Shown in pieces: positions 35,801 to 44,252 of a stretch of 44,252 nt of DNA. The stretch covers positions 1 through 44,252 of the forward strand of contig JAQGDQ010001364.1 of assembly GCA_030141605.1 (NCBI GenBank), in the 5' to 3' direction. The translations under genes and the position numbers were made by a program. Under the pieces are notes generated by a model. That model searched no databases and was not told the DNA's origin. It was given only the letters and a program-made list of their open reading frames with translations. The DNA comes from Tubiluchus corallicola. Taxonomy: Eukaryota > Animalia > Priapulida. Within the stretch, counting starts at the first letter, position 1. Each line of letters begins with the position of its first letter.

Positions 35801-38800
35801 GAAAGGAACCACTTCTGCTCGCGACGAACTTTCGGAAGCAGTGCCACACAGCGTAAATAGAAAGAAGACAAAAAAATCGAAAGCTTCAGCGAAACCAGAG
35901 TCTAAGGTGCCTGTCAAAAGCTCAATACCCGTGAGACAGTCTTCTCGAGTATCTAGACCGCCAGAAGAATTCTGGAAAGACTCTTCGACAGTCGAAACGG
36001 ACAGACCATCTCCGGCCGACGCTCGTCCTTCTAACAAAAACAGACTTGCTAAAAGCAAGAGCCAAAACAACGACTCGTTTACCGTCAGCCTGGAAAAACC
36101 TGCATCTGAAGACATCAATGTGTCTTCCAAGAACTTGACTGCTAAAAGCCATCGCCATAATGCACCCAAAACTCGAAGGGGAACAGGTAATTTTGTTTCC
36201 GTCAATCTTATTAAACAATCTACAATACTGAAGAGGATGAAAAACATACTCAAAGAACTTTCAATACAAAGTTTTATTTCTTTGCTTTATGCTTACCTGT
36301 TTAAAAGGCTTACGTAATTGAAAAATAACATTTTTTATTATTTTAAAGTCTAAGCATATGCCGATCCATCTTAAATTCATCTTTTTATTTTTCTTGTCTA
36401 AGGTTCCATTGTTTTTCATACAATTTTGAGAAGCGACTGGTTTTAAGTTTTCATTCAATTAAAGTTTTTTGTCTTCAATGCTCACCTACTTATGGCTGGG
36501 CCCGCTGCTGTAAAAATGTTTCATAATCATCATCATACACCCGTCACATCTATTGTAGACATTGGGCAGGCAGAATTCTAAAATAAAAGAAATCTGCCTT
36601 CAGACAGGTAAATGCAGCAGTGATCCAGCAAAAAACTAGACACTGCTACGCCAGTGGCTTGTCAGCACCACTTCCGTTAAATGTTTACTGATCTTATGCA
36701 TGAGTACAATAGTGGAAATCTTTTTCGTGTGCTGTTTGTTTAGATTTAAAAAATAATAATTAGAAAGTGCTGTAAGACGCTGTCTATTTTTAATTGCAGT
36801 TTCGGCTTTTCTAATAAGTTAATCAAAGTTACATGGGGTGGGTATGTAGGTGGGGTGATCAAAGTTACAGGGGATGGGAGGCGGGTATGTAGGTGGGGTG
36901 ATCAAAGTTACAGGGGACGGAAGGTGGGGAATGTAGGTGGGGTGATCAAAGTTACAAGGGATGGGAGGCGGGGAATGTAGGTGGGGTGATCAAAGTTACA
37001 AGGGACGGGAGGCGGGTATGTAGGTGGGGTGATCAAAGTTACAGGGGACGGGAGGCGGGTATGTAGGTGGGGTGATCAAAGTTACAGGGGACGGGAGGCG
37101 GGGTATGTAGGTGGGGTGATTGTCATCAGCAAAAACTGAACCACGGTGATAACTGCTAAGATCTTGCCGGTGCTTTTCCAGTCAGCAAAAGAAGAACTGA
37201 GTAAATGAAGCCATTAAGTATCTGTCTTGCTTTGGCTTCGTCAAGTGAGAAGCCACTTGCATTCCAGGTTTTGTTACACTGTTACTTGTTGTTTTTAGCA
37301 GATGTTGAACCAGCGTCATCAGTTGTGCGAAAGTCTGTGCAGTCGAAACAAGCTACGACACGCAAACCAGTAGCCACTGCAGGTGCAGCATCAGCAGACT
37401 CACCTGCAGAAGATTTCCCATACTCATCTGCTGTCAGCGATGGTGGCGCATCTCCGAGTGGTGCCGTCGGCAAGAGTCCGAAAAGAAAGAACCGCGATAC
37501 TTCCAAAGGTGCCGTGTTTATTTGCAGTTATTACGTGTCAGAAAACGTAAAATCCTGAAAAATGGAACCGTCAAAATTATAGAGGATAGTTTTACCGACG
37601 TTGAGCTGAAATTACTCAAATTCGTTTGACTTATGCAAGTAACTATCATTCTTTGTTAGAGTAAAAACTGCTCCTATTTCTATCATTTCCAACCTTGATA
37701 ATGAGAAACGTTCCCGTCCTACCACACGCAGCTACCCACATTAAAGGAAAACGGGATGATTTTTCATTTACTGTTTTCAAGTCCGATAAAAAGTATACAT
37801 TTTAACTCAATTGATATACTGCAAAAGCATTTCGGATAATTAAATTATAGATAAAAACGTAATTAACGGCCGGCGAGGCCAACTATTGATAACATCACAA
37901 GTGAACATAATTTTCAACAGCAAAAATGTTCTAGGAGCTTGTTGCATATGTTTGAAAATTGAAGTGCAGTACTACTGTAAGATATTCGGTGTGTTGTACT
38001 AAAACATGCAAGTTTTAAAATTCAAATATCAAATTTATCTCTGTGTTCAATCATGAACTGTCAAACGTGTACAGTTTGTCAAAACTAACACATCTGACCT
38101 GAGAGGTGCAGCACCTGTTTTTTGTGCGATGCGTTTCCGAAATGCAGGCGCTGGTGGCCGTCTAACCAGGGAATGACGAAATGCATGTAATAGCGAAGAA
38201 CAGGTGATGCGAATCTGAATTTGTGTTTGTGTTTTAATAATTCTTTCACGTAAGTCATTTTTGAACAAAACAGTACGTTTCCTTTCAGTATTTTAAAGAG
38301 TAGTGTAATGTATACGCTCAAACCAAAGTTGCGTTCCCATATCTATGTTAGTTTATTCTGCAAAAAACACAAATTTTCTGTAGTCTGCAATTACTACCTC
38401 TACAAAACTACTGAAATAAGTGCTACAGATTACTACGTTAAACTAAAAAACTAAAATGCATACATACATTGTTGGTCCAATATTGAGTCGAGAAAAAGCC
38501 AGAATGTCAGTAAAAGGTAGCAGCATAATTACAAGTCAAATTTTAAAGGTAACAGAGACGTGTACATACCAAGTTCCACCTATACAATATCAGAGTAGAA
38601 AAAGTAGTCTAGCTTGTTGAACTACAGTCTAATATATTGTGGCTTCTAATGCATATACTACCTTTTGAAGGGGTAGTCTAGCTTGTTGAACTACAGTCTA
38701 ATATATTGTGGCTTCTAATGCATATACTACCTTTTGAAGGGATAGTCTAGCTTGTTGAACTACAGTCTAATATATTGTGGCTTCTAATGCATATACTACC

Positions 38801-41800
38801 TTTTGAAGGGATAGTCTAGCTTGTTGAACTACAGTCTAATATATTGTGGCTTCTAATGCATATACTACCTTGGGAAGGGATAGTCTAGCTTGTTGAACTA
38901 AAGTCTAATATATTGTGGCTTCTAATGCATATACTACCTTTTGAAGGGGTAGTCTAGCTTGTTGAACTACAGTCTAATATATTGTGGCTTCTAATGCATA
39001 TACTACCTTGGGAAGGGATAGTCTAGCTTGTTGAACTAAAGTCTTATATATTGTGGCTTCTAATGCATATACTACCTTGGGAAGGGATAATGGACCAAAA
39101 CATTTGCACCTGCAACAAGTAGATTATATTGACCTACAGTTTAAGATTGTGTCCAGTTTTGCTTTAAATAAATCCAGTCTACAAGTGTTGAATTCTGGCT
39201 TTCAGCATGTCATACTGTGTAAACAAATGCATCTGACTTCTTTTAAAGGAAAACCAGACACAAATTTCAAGCAAAGTTATCTAAAATTAAAGCAATCTGA
39301 CTTATAAAATATTGACTGGGAACATGGTGTTTTTCTCAAGAATGACTTAAGTGAAAGAATAATTTCCACAGAAACGTAATTTCGTGTTCGTGAGTTTAGT
39401 CCTTCGCTGTTACTCGTGTTTCACCAGTCGCTAGTTAGACGGGCTCTAGCACCTGCATATCAGAAATGCATTACACGAAAAAGAGGTGCTGTACATCTCA
39501 GTTCAGATGTGTTAGTTTGTGACGAACTACACACGTTCGACAGCTTATACGTGAGCAAAACGGTAAATTTGAAATTTGAATTTTTATCTTAAAACTTGCC
39601 TAGTTTTAGTACAACACACTGAATATCCTACAGTAGCACTGTACTTCAATTTTCGCTTTCACAAACACGTGCAACACACTCGTGGAGTATTCCTGTTGTT
39701 GAAAATTATGTTCATTTGTGATGTCATCAATAGCTGGGTTCGCCCGCCATTAATTAGGTTTCTAATCTATTATTTAATTATCAGAAACGCTTTGCTATTA
39801 TTATTATTATTATATGTGTTAAAATGTATACTTTTTACCATACCTCAAAATGGGATAGGATTTGTAAAATCGTCCTGTTGTCCCTTTAAGCAAAATTTTG
39901 TACAAATAGTTAAAAAATTACAGAAAGCCATGCAAACAAGGGGGAGGGACGCAAAAAAGCAAAAGTAAACAATGGCGCAAATGGCTTCGATGAAGTTGCG
40001 AGGGACGACGATCCGGAGGCGTCGATATTTTCCGATAAGAATTACTTTCACATATCTCCAGGTAAGTGATCGTGATTACTTTCTTTAACTTTCAATAGCT
40101 GTTGTCATGGTAACCAAGTTCACCTTTATTAAGTCCTTTCTATTTCAAGCGGCTTAAACTGTGAGAAGCACTTGCAGCGACCATCCATTTCAACCATTGC
40201 ACAGCAAATAAAGTTGTTGTCTTTGTTACTTTTTTTAATTTTAACAGCCACGCTGAAAGAATTTGAACTTTATTTAAACGTAATAAATCGGTAATCTTGT
40301 TTCTAACCAGGTGTGTCATTTCTCTGTACAGTTGTTTACTCCATATGAGCAGAGAAGCCATGTTGTTTCTAACCAGGTGTATCGTTTCTCTGTATAGTTG
40401 TTAACTCCATATGAAGCCATGTTGTTTCTAACCAGGTGTATCGCTTCTCTGTATAGTTGTTAACTCCATATGAAGCCATGTTGTTTCTAACCAGGTGTGT
40501 CGCTTCTCTGTATAGTTGTTTACTCCATATGAAGCCATGTTGTTTCTAATCACGGTGTTTCATTTCTCTGTACAGCTGATCAATCATCATCAGAAAATCA
40601 TCCTTCTAACAAGACCAGCGATTATTCCACGGAGGAGGTAGAGAGCACGTCATCACGGGGTAAGAAGCTGTCAAAAGCTGCTAAGTCGCATAAAAGGAAG
40701 CAGCCGAGTCAGCAAGAAAAGACACGAGCAAAGAAGTCTCGCAACAGAAATCTTGAAACGCATAAAGAAGGACAAGAGAAAGGACAAGAAGAAGAAAGAG
40801 ATTCACGAATATCGGGTAAGGATATCGCTACACTTAATACTTTAAATAACTGACCCTCTTATCAAAGACTACCTAAATTTTTGATTCCTAAAATTTTAAA
40901 TGAAAACAGGACAATTGATTATACTCAATCTCATTTTAATTTACTGTCCAAAATATACTAGAAAGTTAGCAATTGTTTCTAATATTTGAATAATTACCTT
41001 GGAAAGTTAATTAATGACAACCAAACACAGCTATCGCTTACATCACAAATTAACCACAGATTGTACAATGGCACGCATCTTCCCTGCGCGTCAAGCATGT
41101 TTGCGTAAGCGAAGATTGCTCTAAGATGCTGATATGATATCACGAAAATGAGCTACATCACAGATGAACACTCTGCAGTTGATGATCATGCTTGTCACGG
41201 TACGGCGCCACTTTGTCAGCCACGCAAATGTGATGACCATTGCCAGTCTTGGTGGATTCCCTGAGCTGCACGTTGCTTACAAAGTTTAACAAAATTTAAC
41301 TGTCCGAAATAATTATTATTTAATATAAGCTTTGATTTAAAAAAAGCGGTTGTAGTTTTCAATATTTTAGAGCGTTCTTTATTCTCAATTAATGTCTTCA
41401 CAATCATTCGGCTTAACTTTAAATGTTTTGAAAAAATTGATAATTTTTGTAAAGTTGTAAGGTATTTTCTAAAGTGACGCCATCGTAAAATCCAAAATGA
41501 TTAATTCAGTTGTGACGGCAAATGTCAGAAATTAAAAATTAATGCTGTTGGTTTGCATTGGAATGAATTGGAGTTGAACCGGATTTCTTTCAGGTTGGAG
41601 TTGAACCAGCTGTTTCATAGCAGACTGTTCTGTTACTATTGCACATTGCAGACTGTTCTGTTACTGTTACAGAATCATTGCAGACTGTTCTGTTACTATT
41701 GCATATTGCAGGCTGTTCTGTTACTATTGCATATTGCAGACTGTTCTGTTACTGTTACAGAATCATTGCAAACCGTTGTGTTACTGTTACAGAATCATTG

Positions 41801-44085
41801 CAGACCGTTCTGTTACTATTATAGAATCATTGCAGACCATTCTGTTACTGTTACAGAATCATTGCATACCGTTCTATTACTGTTATAGAATCATTGCAGA
41901 CTATTCTGTTACTATTGCATATTACGGACCATTCTGTTACTGTTACAGAATCATTGTATACCCTTCTATTACTGTTATAGAATCATTGCAGACTGTTCTG
42001 TTACTATTGCACATTGCAGACTGTTCTGTTACACTTGCAGACTCATCTGAACTTAACGGAGGGCCGAGGAGGTCACGGCGACGGCGTGTCCAAACGCTTG
42101 AATGGTGGAGGAATGAGCACATCATTTACGACTTGGCAGAAGACGGTATAAATTCATTATATTGACTCAGATTATTTGTTCAAAATAATTACCAGATTGT
42201 AATCTTCTGTGTAGCTATTACCACCACACTTGTAATGAGAATCAATGTAACCTGATCCCCAGTTTCACAAAGCCGTCACTAACTCAATGCAACCTGACTC
42301 CCAGTTTCACAAAGCCGTCACTAACTCAATGTAACCTGACTCCCAGTTTCACAAAGCCGTCACTAACTCAACGTAACCTGACTCCCAGTTTCACAAAGCC
42401 GTCACTAACTCAACGTAACCTGACTCCCAGTTTCACAAAGCCGTCACTAACTCAATGTAACCTGACTCCCAGTTTCACAAAGCCGTCACTAACTCAATGT
42501 AACCTGACTCCCAGTTTCACAAAGCCGTCACTAACTCAATGTAACCTGACTCCCAGTTTCACAAAGCCGTCACTAACTCAACGTAACCTGACTCCCAGTT
42601 TCACAAAGCCGTCACTAACTCAATGTAACCTGACTCCCAGTTTCACAAAGCTGTCACTAACTCAACGTAATCTGACTCCCAGTTTCACAAAGCCGTCACT
42701 AACTCAATGTAACCTGACTCCCAGTTTCACAAAGCCGTCACTAACTCAATGTAACCTGACTCCCAGTTTCACAAAGCCGTCACTAACTCAATGTAACCTG
42801 ACTCCCAGTTTCACAAAGCCGTCACTAACTCAATGTAACCTGACTCCCAGTTTCACAAAGCCGTCACTAACTCAATGTAACCTGACTCCCAGTTTCACAA
42901 AGCCGTCACTAACTCAATGTAACCTGACTCCCAGTTTCACAAAGCCGTCACTAACTCAACGTAACCTGACTCCCAGTTTCACAAAGCCGTCACTAACTCA
43001 ACGTAACCTGACTCCCAGTTTCACAAAGCCGTCACTAACTTATTGACGTCGTTATTAATAGTTAAACGATTCTAATAACAACGTCACTAACTGAGCGACA
43101 GCTTTATGAAACTGGCCCCTGATTTGTTAACACAGTTAACAACATGAAAATTAACACAAATGTAAATTACGGGACACGAAAGTCTTCATAAATAAAACGA
43201 TTTATCTTGAAATTTCGTATCGCCTGTCTACTGCCTTTTCGAACGCAGAGCTTGTATTAGTAGCATATTAGTTTCCTGTATGTAAAACATCTAAATCTAA
43301 ACTTCAGTAATGACCATCATATGCAGCTATTTTAAAGATAAGTCATTGGAAACAAGTTTAGATAACACTGAGTAAAGTTTGAAAAACTAATCAGAGCATT
43401 TGTAACACACTCTTTACTAACTAAGTAAAAGTATTAATTACTTTATATTGTCTATAACAAAAAATGTGTTTTTTGTGAGCCAGTGGTGCACACTGGGATG
43501 GAGATGCAATGTTGTTTTACCAATTAGCGCAAACATTTTGATTTATTAAAAATTTTCTTTTCCAGTTGTATAATTACATTCTGAAAATTGTAAACTGATA
43601 ATTAAACTTTTTTCATACCATTACGGTCGTGTTTAGCAGTTTTTGCAAATAATTGTACAGTGCAAAATGCAGATTGTGATTTCTTGCTTACAGGTCTGAC
43701 CGTCGCGGGTATAGCTTCCCCTCTCACCAAAACTCCAGCGGTTTCGCAGAAGAAACCGAAAAGTAAAACGAAGAGAAAAATGCCGAAGAGCACCGGCGAA
43801 GATTTGGGTAAGAAAATATTTAAAATGAAAAAGTCTTGTAACACCTGAAAGCTTATTTCAAATGTTTGTTTTCACTTTTCCAGAAACAGTAAACCGTTTT
43901 AAATTGTTCGTTTGTTTTGGGCAAATTGTTAGATTGCTCATAACTGCTAAACTTCTTGTCTGCAGGATATACGAAAAGCATGAGAAAGCTTTCCATGCAC
44001 GTGGCGCCACCTGAGGGGAAAATCGGCGGCATAGACGACGTTTGGGTGCTTAATCCGCTCAACGGCCAGGAGGAAGTGAATGTTG
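26796..44085 (+). CDS. CENPC: Centromere protein C (CENP-C/Mif2), multi-exon, 3' end (cupin) outside the window
   Basis: join(26796-26815,28748-28830,29987-30057,30929-31124[or 31091],32094-32226,34811-36186,37302[or 37299]-37508,39924-40061,40576-40815,42041-42145,43694-43807,43966-44085). All GT-AG and phase-consistent. Contains GNIGRRT..DGFERFEDYW, DDEFVL, RQSSRVSRPPEEFW and RRSRRRRVQTLEWWRNEHIIY..GLTVAGIASP. Confidence 0.9.
26865..27430 (+). mobile_element. Kolobok/T2-like MITE subfamily A, copy 2
   Basis: Ends ataaaggaaattggatgat / gatccggttttcctttaa. Confidence 0.75.
27450..28032. mobile_element. Foldback-like element with ~135-bp inverted arms
   Basis: 27450-27585 is the imperfect reverse complement of 27897-28032 (ggtgagccactgtcattttaacataat / attatgttaaaatgacagcggctcacc). 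Confidence 0.7.
28748..28830 (+). CDS. CENPC: CENP-C exon: RTLLDVRAGKKIGRHSDGFERFEDYWT
   Basis: tccag| acceptor, g|gttggt donor; phase 2 to 1. Confidence 0.85.
29083..29274 (+). pseudogene. hAT transposase C-terminal dimerisation-domain relic inside a decayed hAT element (~28940-29947)
   Basis: FLVLSKSAYKYLSLLTSSALVEKTFSIAGTIF..RLTDTNFEKLMFVRRN follows the hATC pattern (LARKYLSIPATSA.VERLFS.AG..RL...NFEKLMF); gtacttg subterminal repeats on both sides. Confidence 0.8.
29331..29860 (+). mobile_element. Kolobok/T2-like MITE subfamily A, copy 3, nested in the hAT relic
   Basis: Colinear with 6773-7318; ends accagatgattgt / acaatcatccggt. Confidence 0.8.
29987..30057 (+). CDS. CENPC: CENP-C exon: DSEQSDDESVSSSVVAETVKNATK
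   Basis: ttttag| and |gtaagt; phase 1 to 0. Confidence 0.85.
30515..30855. repeat. 30-bp degenerate minisatellite
   Basis: Unit gatagattgttattgaaacaatgcatttgt. Confidence 0.85.
30929..31124 (+). CDS. CENPC: CENP-C exon: SKPLRSMSPF...DDTTD(GEKSSPEKVHS)
   Basis: ttgcag|; two phase-1 donors, g|gtgaga (31091) and g|gtatct (31124). Confidence 0.8.
32094..32226 (+). CDS. CENPC: CENP-C exon: GTPLHKTNC...RFPRGTCK(K)
   Basis: tttag|, aa|gtgcgt; phase 1 to 2, as required by 34811. Confidence 0.75.
32275..32530. repeat. Degenerate (TGTCA)n pentamer tract
   Basis: gtcatgtcatg periodicity. Confidence 0.85.
32662..33045. repeat. 42-44-bp minisatellite (~9 copies) starting at a hAT-like terminus
   Basis: cagtggcgtagcca then unit tagccagtaggaaagcaagggcagcaaccactcccccaggca. 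Confidence 0.9.
33218..33340 (+). pseudogene. hAT transposase C-terminal relic
   Basis: RLSELAVISIERELATAVDYNKVVDYCARMKPRQKRL resembles hAT C-termini (RL..LA.LSIE......D...VID.FA..K.R). Confidence 0.7.
33817..34274. mobile_element. Tc1/mariner(pogo)-type MITE with TA TSD
   Basis: Perfect 29-bp TIR ccgtattttcccgtgtataagagaccctt (33819.. / ..34272) flanked by TA. Confidence 0.9.
34410..34783. mobile_element. Degenerate Tigger/pogo-like MITE
   Basis: acactcgtatttcggtttggcagac versus inverted gtccggcaaatcaagataggagtgta. Confidence 0.5.
34811..36186 (+). CDS. CENPC: CENP-C large exon (1376 nt): acidic PEST-like region, DEF motif, central motif
   Basis: tttgcag|, g|gtaatt; within the 557-aa ORF; S/T/K/E/D-rich, likely disordered. 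Confidence 0.9.
36820..37120 (+). repeat. 43-bp G-rich minisatellite, ~7 copies
   Basis: Unit gatcaaagttacaggggacgggaggcgggtatgtaggtggggt. Confidence 0.95.
37302..37508 (+). CDS. CENPC: CENP-C exon: DVEPASSVVRK...RKNRDTSK
   Basis: NAGNAG acceptor tag|cag|, donor g|gtgccg; phase 1-1. Confidence 0.8.
37741..38300 (-). mobile_element. Kolobok-like MITE subfamily B
   Basis: Starts ttaaaggaaaacgggatgatttt; inverted paralog of 39243-39889. Confidence 0.7.
38605..39088. repeat. 69-bp minisatellite, 7 copies
   Basis: Unit tagtctagcttgttgaactacagtctaatatattgtggcttctaatgcatatactaccttttgaagggg. Confidence 0.95.
39243..39889 (+). mobile_element. Kolobok-like MITE subfamily B with both ends
   Basis: ttaa|aggaaaaccagac ... 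gtcctgttgtccct|ttaa. Confidence 0.75.
39924..40061 (+). CDS. CENPC: CENP-C exon: ESHANKGEGRKKAKVNNGANGFDEVARDDDPEASIFSDKNYFHISP
   Basis: A-rich acceptor aaaattacag|, perfect donor CAG|gtaagt; phase 1-1, open. Confidence 0.7.
40297..40575 (+). repeat. ~59-bp tandem repeat (5 copies) whose last copy is the acceptor of exon 40576
   Basis: ttgtttctaac...tttctctgtaYag units ending at 40331, 40397, 40456, 40515, 40575. Confidence 0.9.
40576..40815 (+). CDS. CENPC: CENP-C exon: ADQSSSENHPS...EEERDSRIS
   Basis: ctgtacag|, g|gtaagg; 240 nt open, phase 1-1; absent from the ORF track (no start codon). Confidence 0.85.
40896..41422 (+). mobile_element. Kolobok/T2-like MITE subfamily A, copy 4
   Basis: ttaaatgaaaacaggacaattg ... 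caatcattcggcttaactttaa. Confidence 0.75.
41620..42040 (+). repeat. Mixed 28/32-bp minisatellite abutting the CENP-C-motif exon
   Basis: Units ttgcagactgttctgttactgttacagaatca / ttgcagactgttctgttactattgcata. Confidence 0.9.
42041..42145 (+). CDS. CENPC: CENP-C exon encoding the CENP-C motif: DSSELNGGPRRSRRRRVQTLEWWRNEHIIYDLAED
   Basis: cttgcag|, g|gtataa; matches RRSxRxRxxPLxYWxxERxxY except P to T, Y to W and R to H. Confidence 0.92.
42247..43040. repeat. 42-bp minisatellite, ~19 near-identical copies
   Basis: Unit gtaacctgactcccagtttcacaaagccgtcactaactcaat. Confidence 0.97.
43008..43121. mobile_element. Short Harbinger-like MITE whose left TIR is the 42-bp repeat core
   Basis: ccagtttcacaaagccgtc versus inverted gacagctttatgaaactggcccctg (43097-43121). 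Confidence 0.6.
43694..43807 (+). CDS. CENPC: CENP-C exon: GLTVAGIASPLTKTPAVSQKKPKSKTKRKMPKSTGEDL
   Basis: ttacag|, g|gtaaga; continues the motif as in vertebrate GFVISGVLSP, followed by a basic stretch. Confidence 0.88.
43966..44085 (+). CDS. CENPC: CENP-C pre-cupin exon: GYTKSMRKLSMHVAPPEGKIGGIDDVWVLNPLNGQEEVNV
   Basis: gtctgcag|, g|gtaagc; VLNPLNGQE resembles the V.DP.T.E pre-cupin segment. Confidence 0.85.
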
Positions 44086-44252
44086 GTAAGCTGGAGCTTT
44101 GATAATAACTATACGTATGTATAAGCCAATAAGTGAAAGAATAAGTAAGAACCCCCTCCCCTCCCCCCGGTTGACCCAGGATAAACACTCATTGCAAACA
44201 AAGAAAAGCTTGCTTCTGCTAATGCTTGAGCTGAAAAAGTGTGGTTTCCCAT

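Overview
AT-rich eukaryotic genomic DNA, most likely from a non-vertebrate animal: spliceosomal introns of about 0.2-2.6 kb and dense MITEs and minisatellites. The species cannot be determined from the sequence. Three protein-coding loci can be read. (1) The last two exons of an unidentified + strand gene (3925-4075, 6098-6262), with a weak, unverified resemblance to a YEATS fold. (2) An intronless - strand gene (18008-18682, 224 aa) carrying the TEAD-binding omega-loop motif PLRLRQLPASFWQEP of the FAM181/PERCC1/YAP family. (3) A + strand CENP-C gene assembled by hand from at least 12 phase-consistent exons (26796 to >44085, about 930 codons so far). It has a Mif2/Cnp3-like N-terminus, a DEF motif, a central motif and a CENP-C motif; the cupin exons lie beyond the window. 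The rest is mostly hAT, Kolobok-like, Tc1/mariner-like and Harbinger-like non-autonomous elements, an RTE LINE relic and many tandem arrays. Several arrays are amplified transposon termini, and two are amplified splice-acceptor regions of CENP-C exons. Most ORFs in the supplied track are repeat artefacts. All family assignments come from motif recognition by eye, with no database search.
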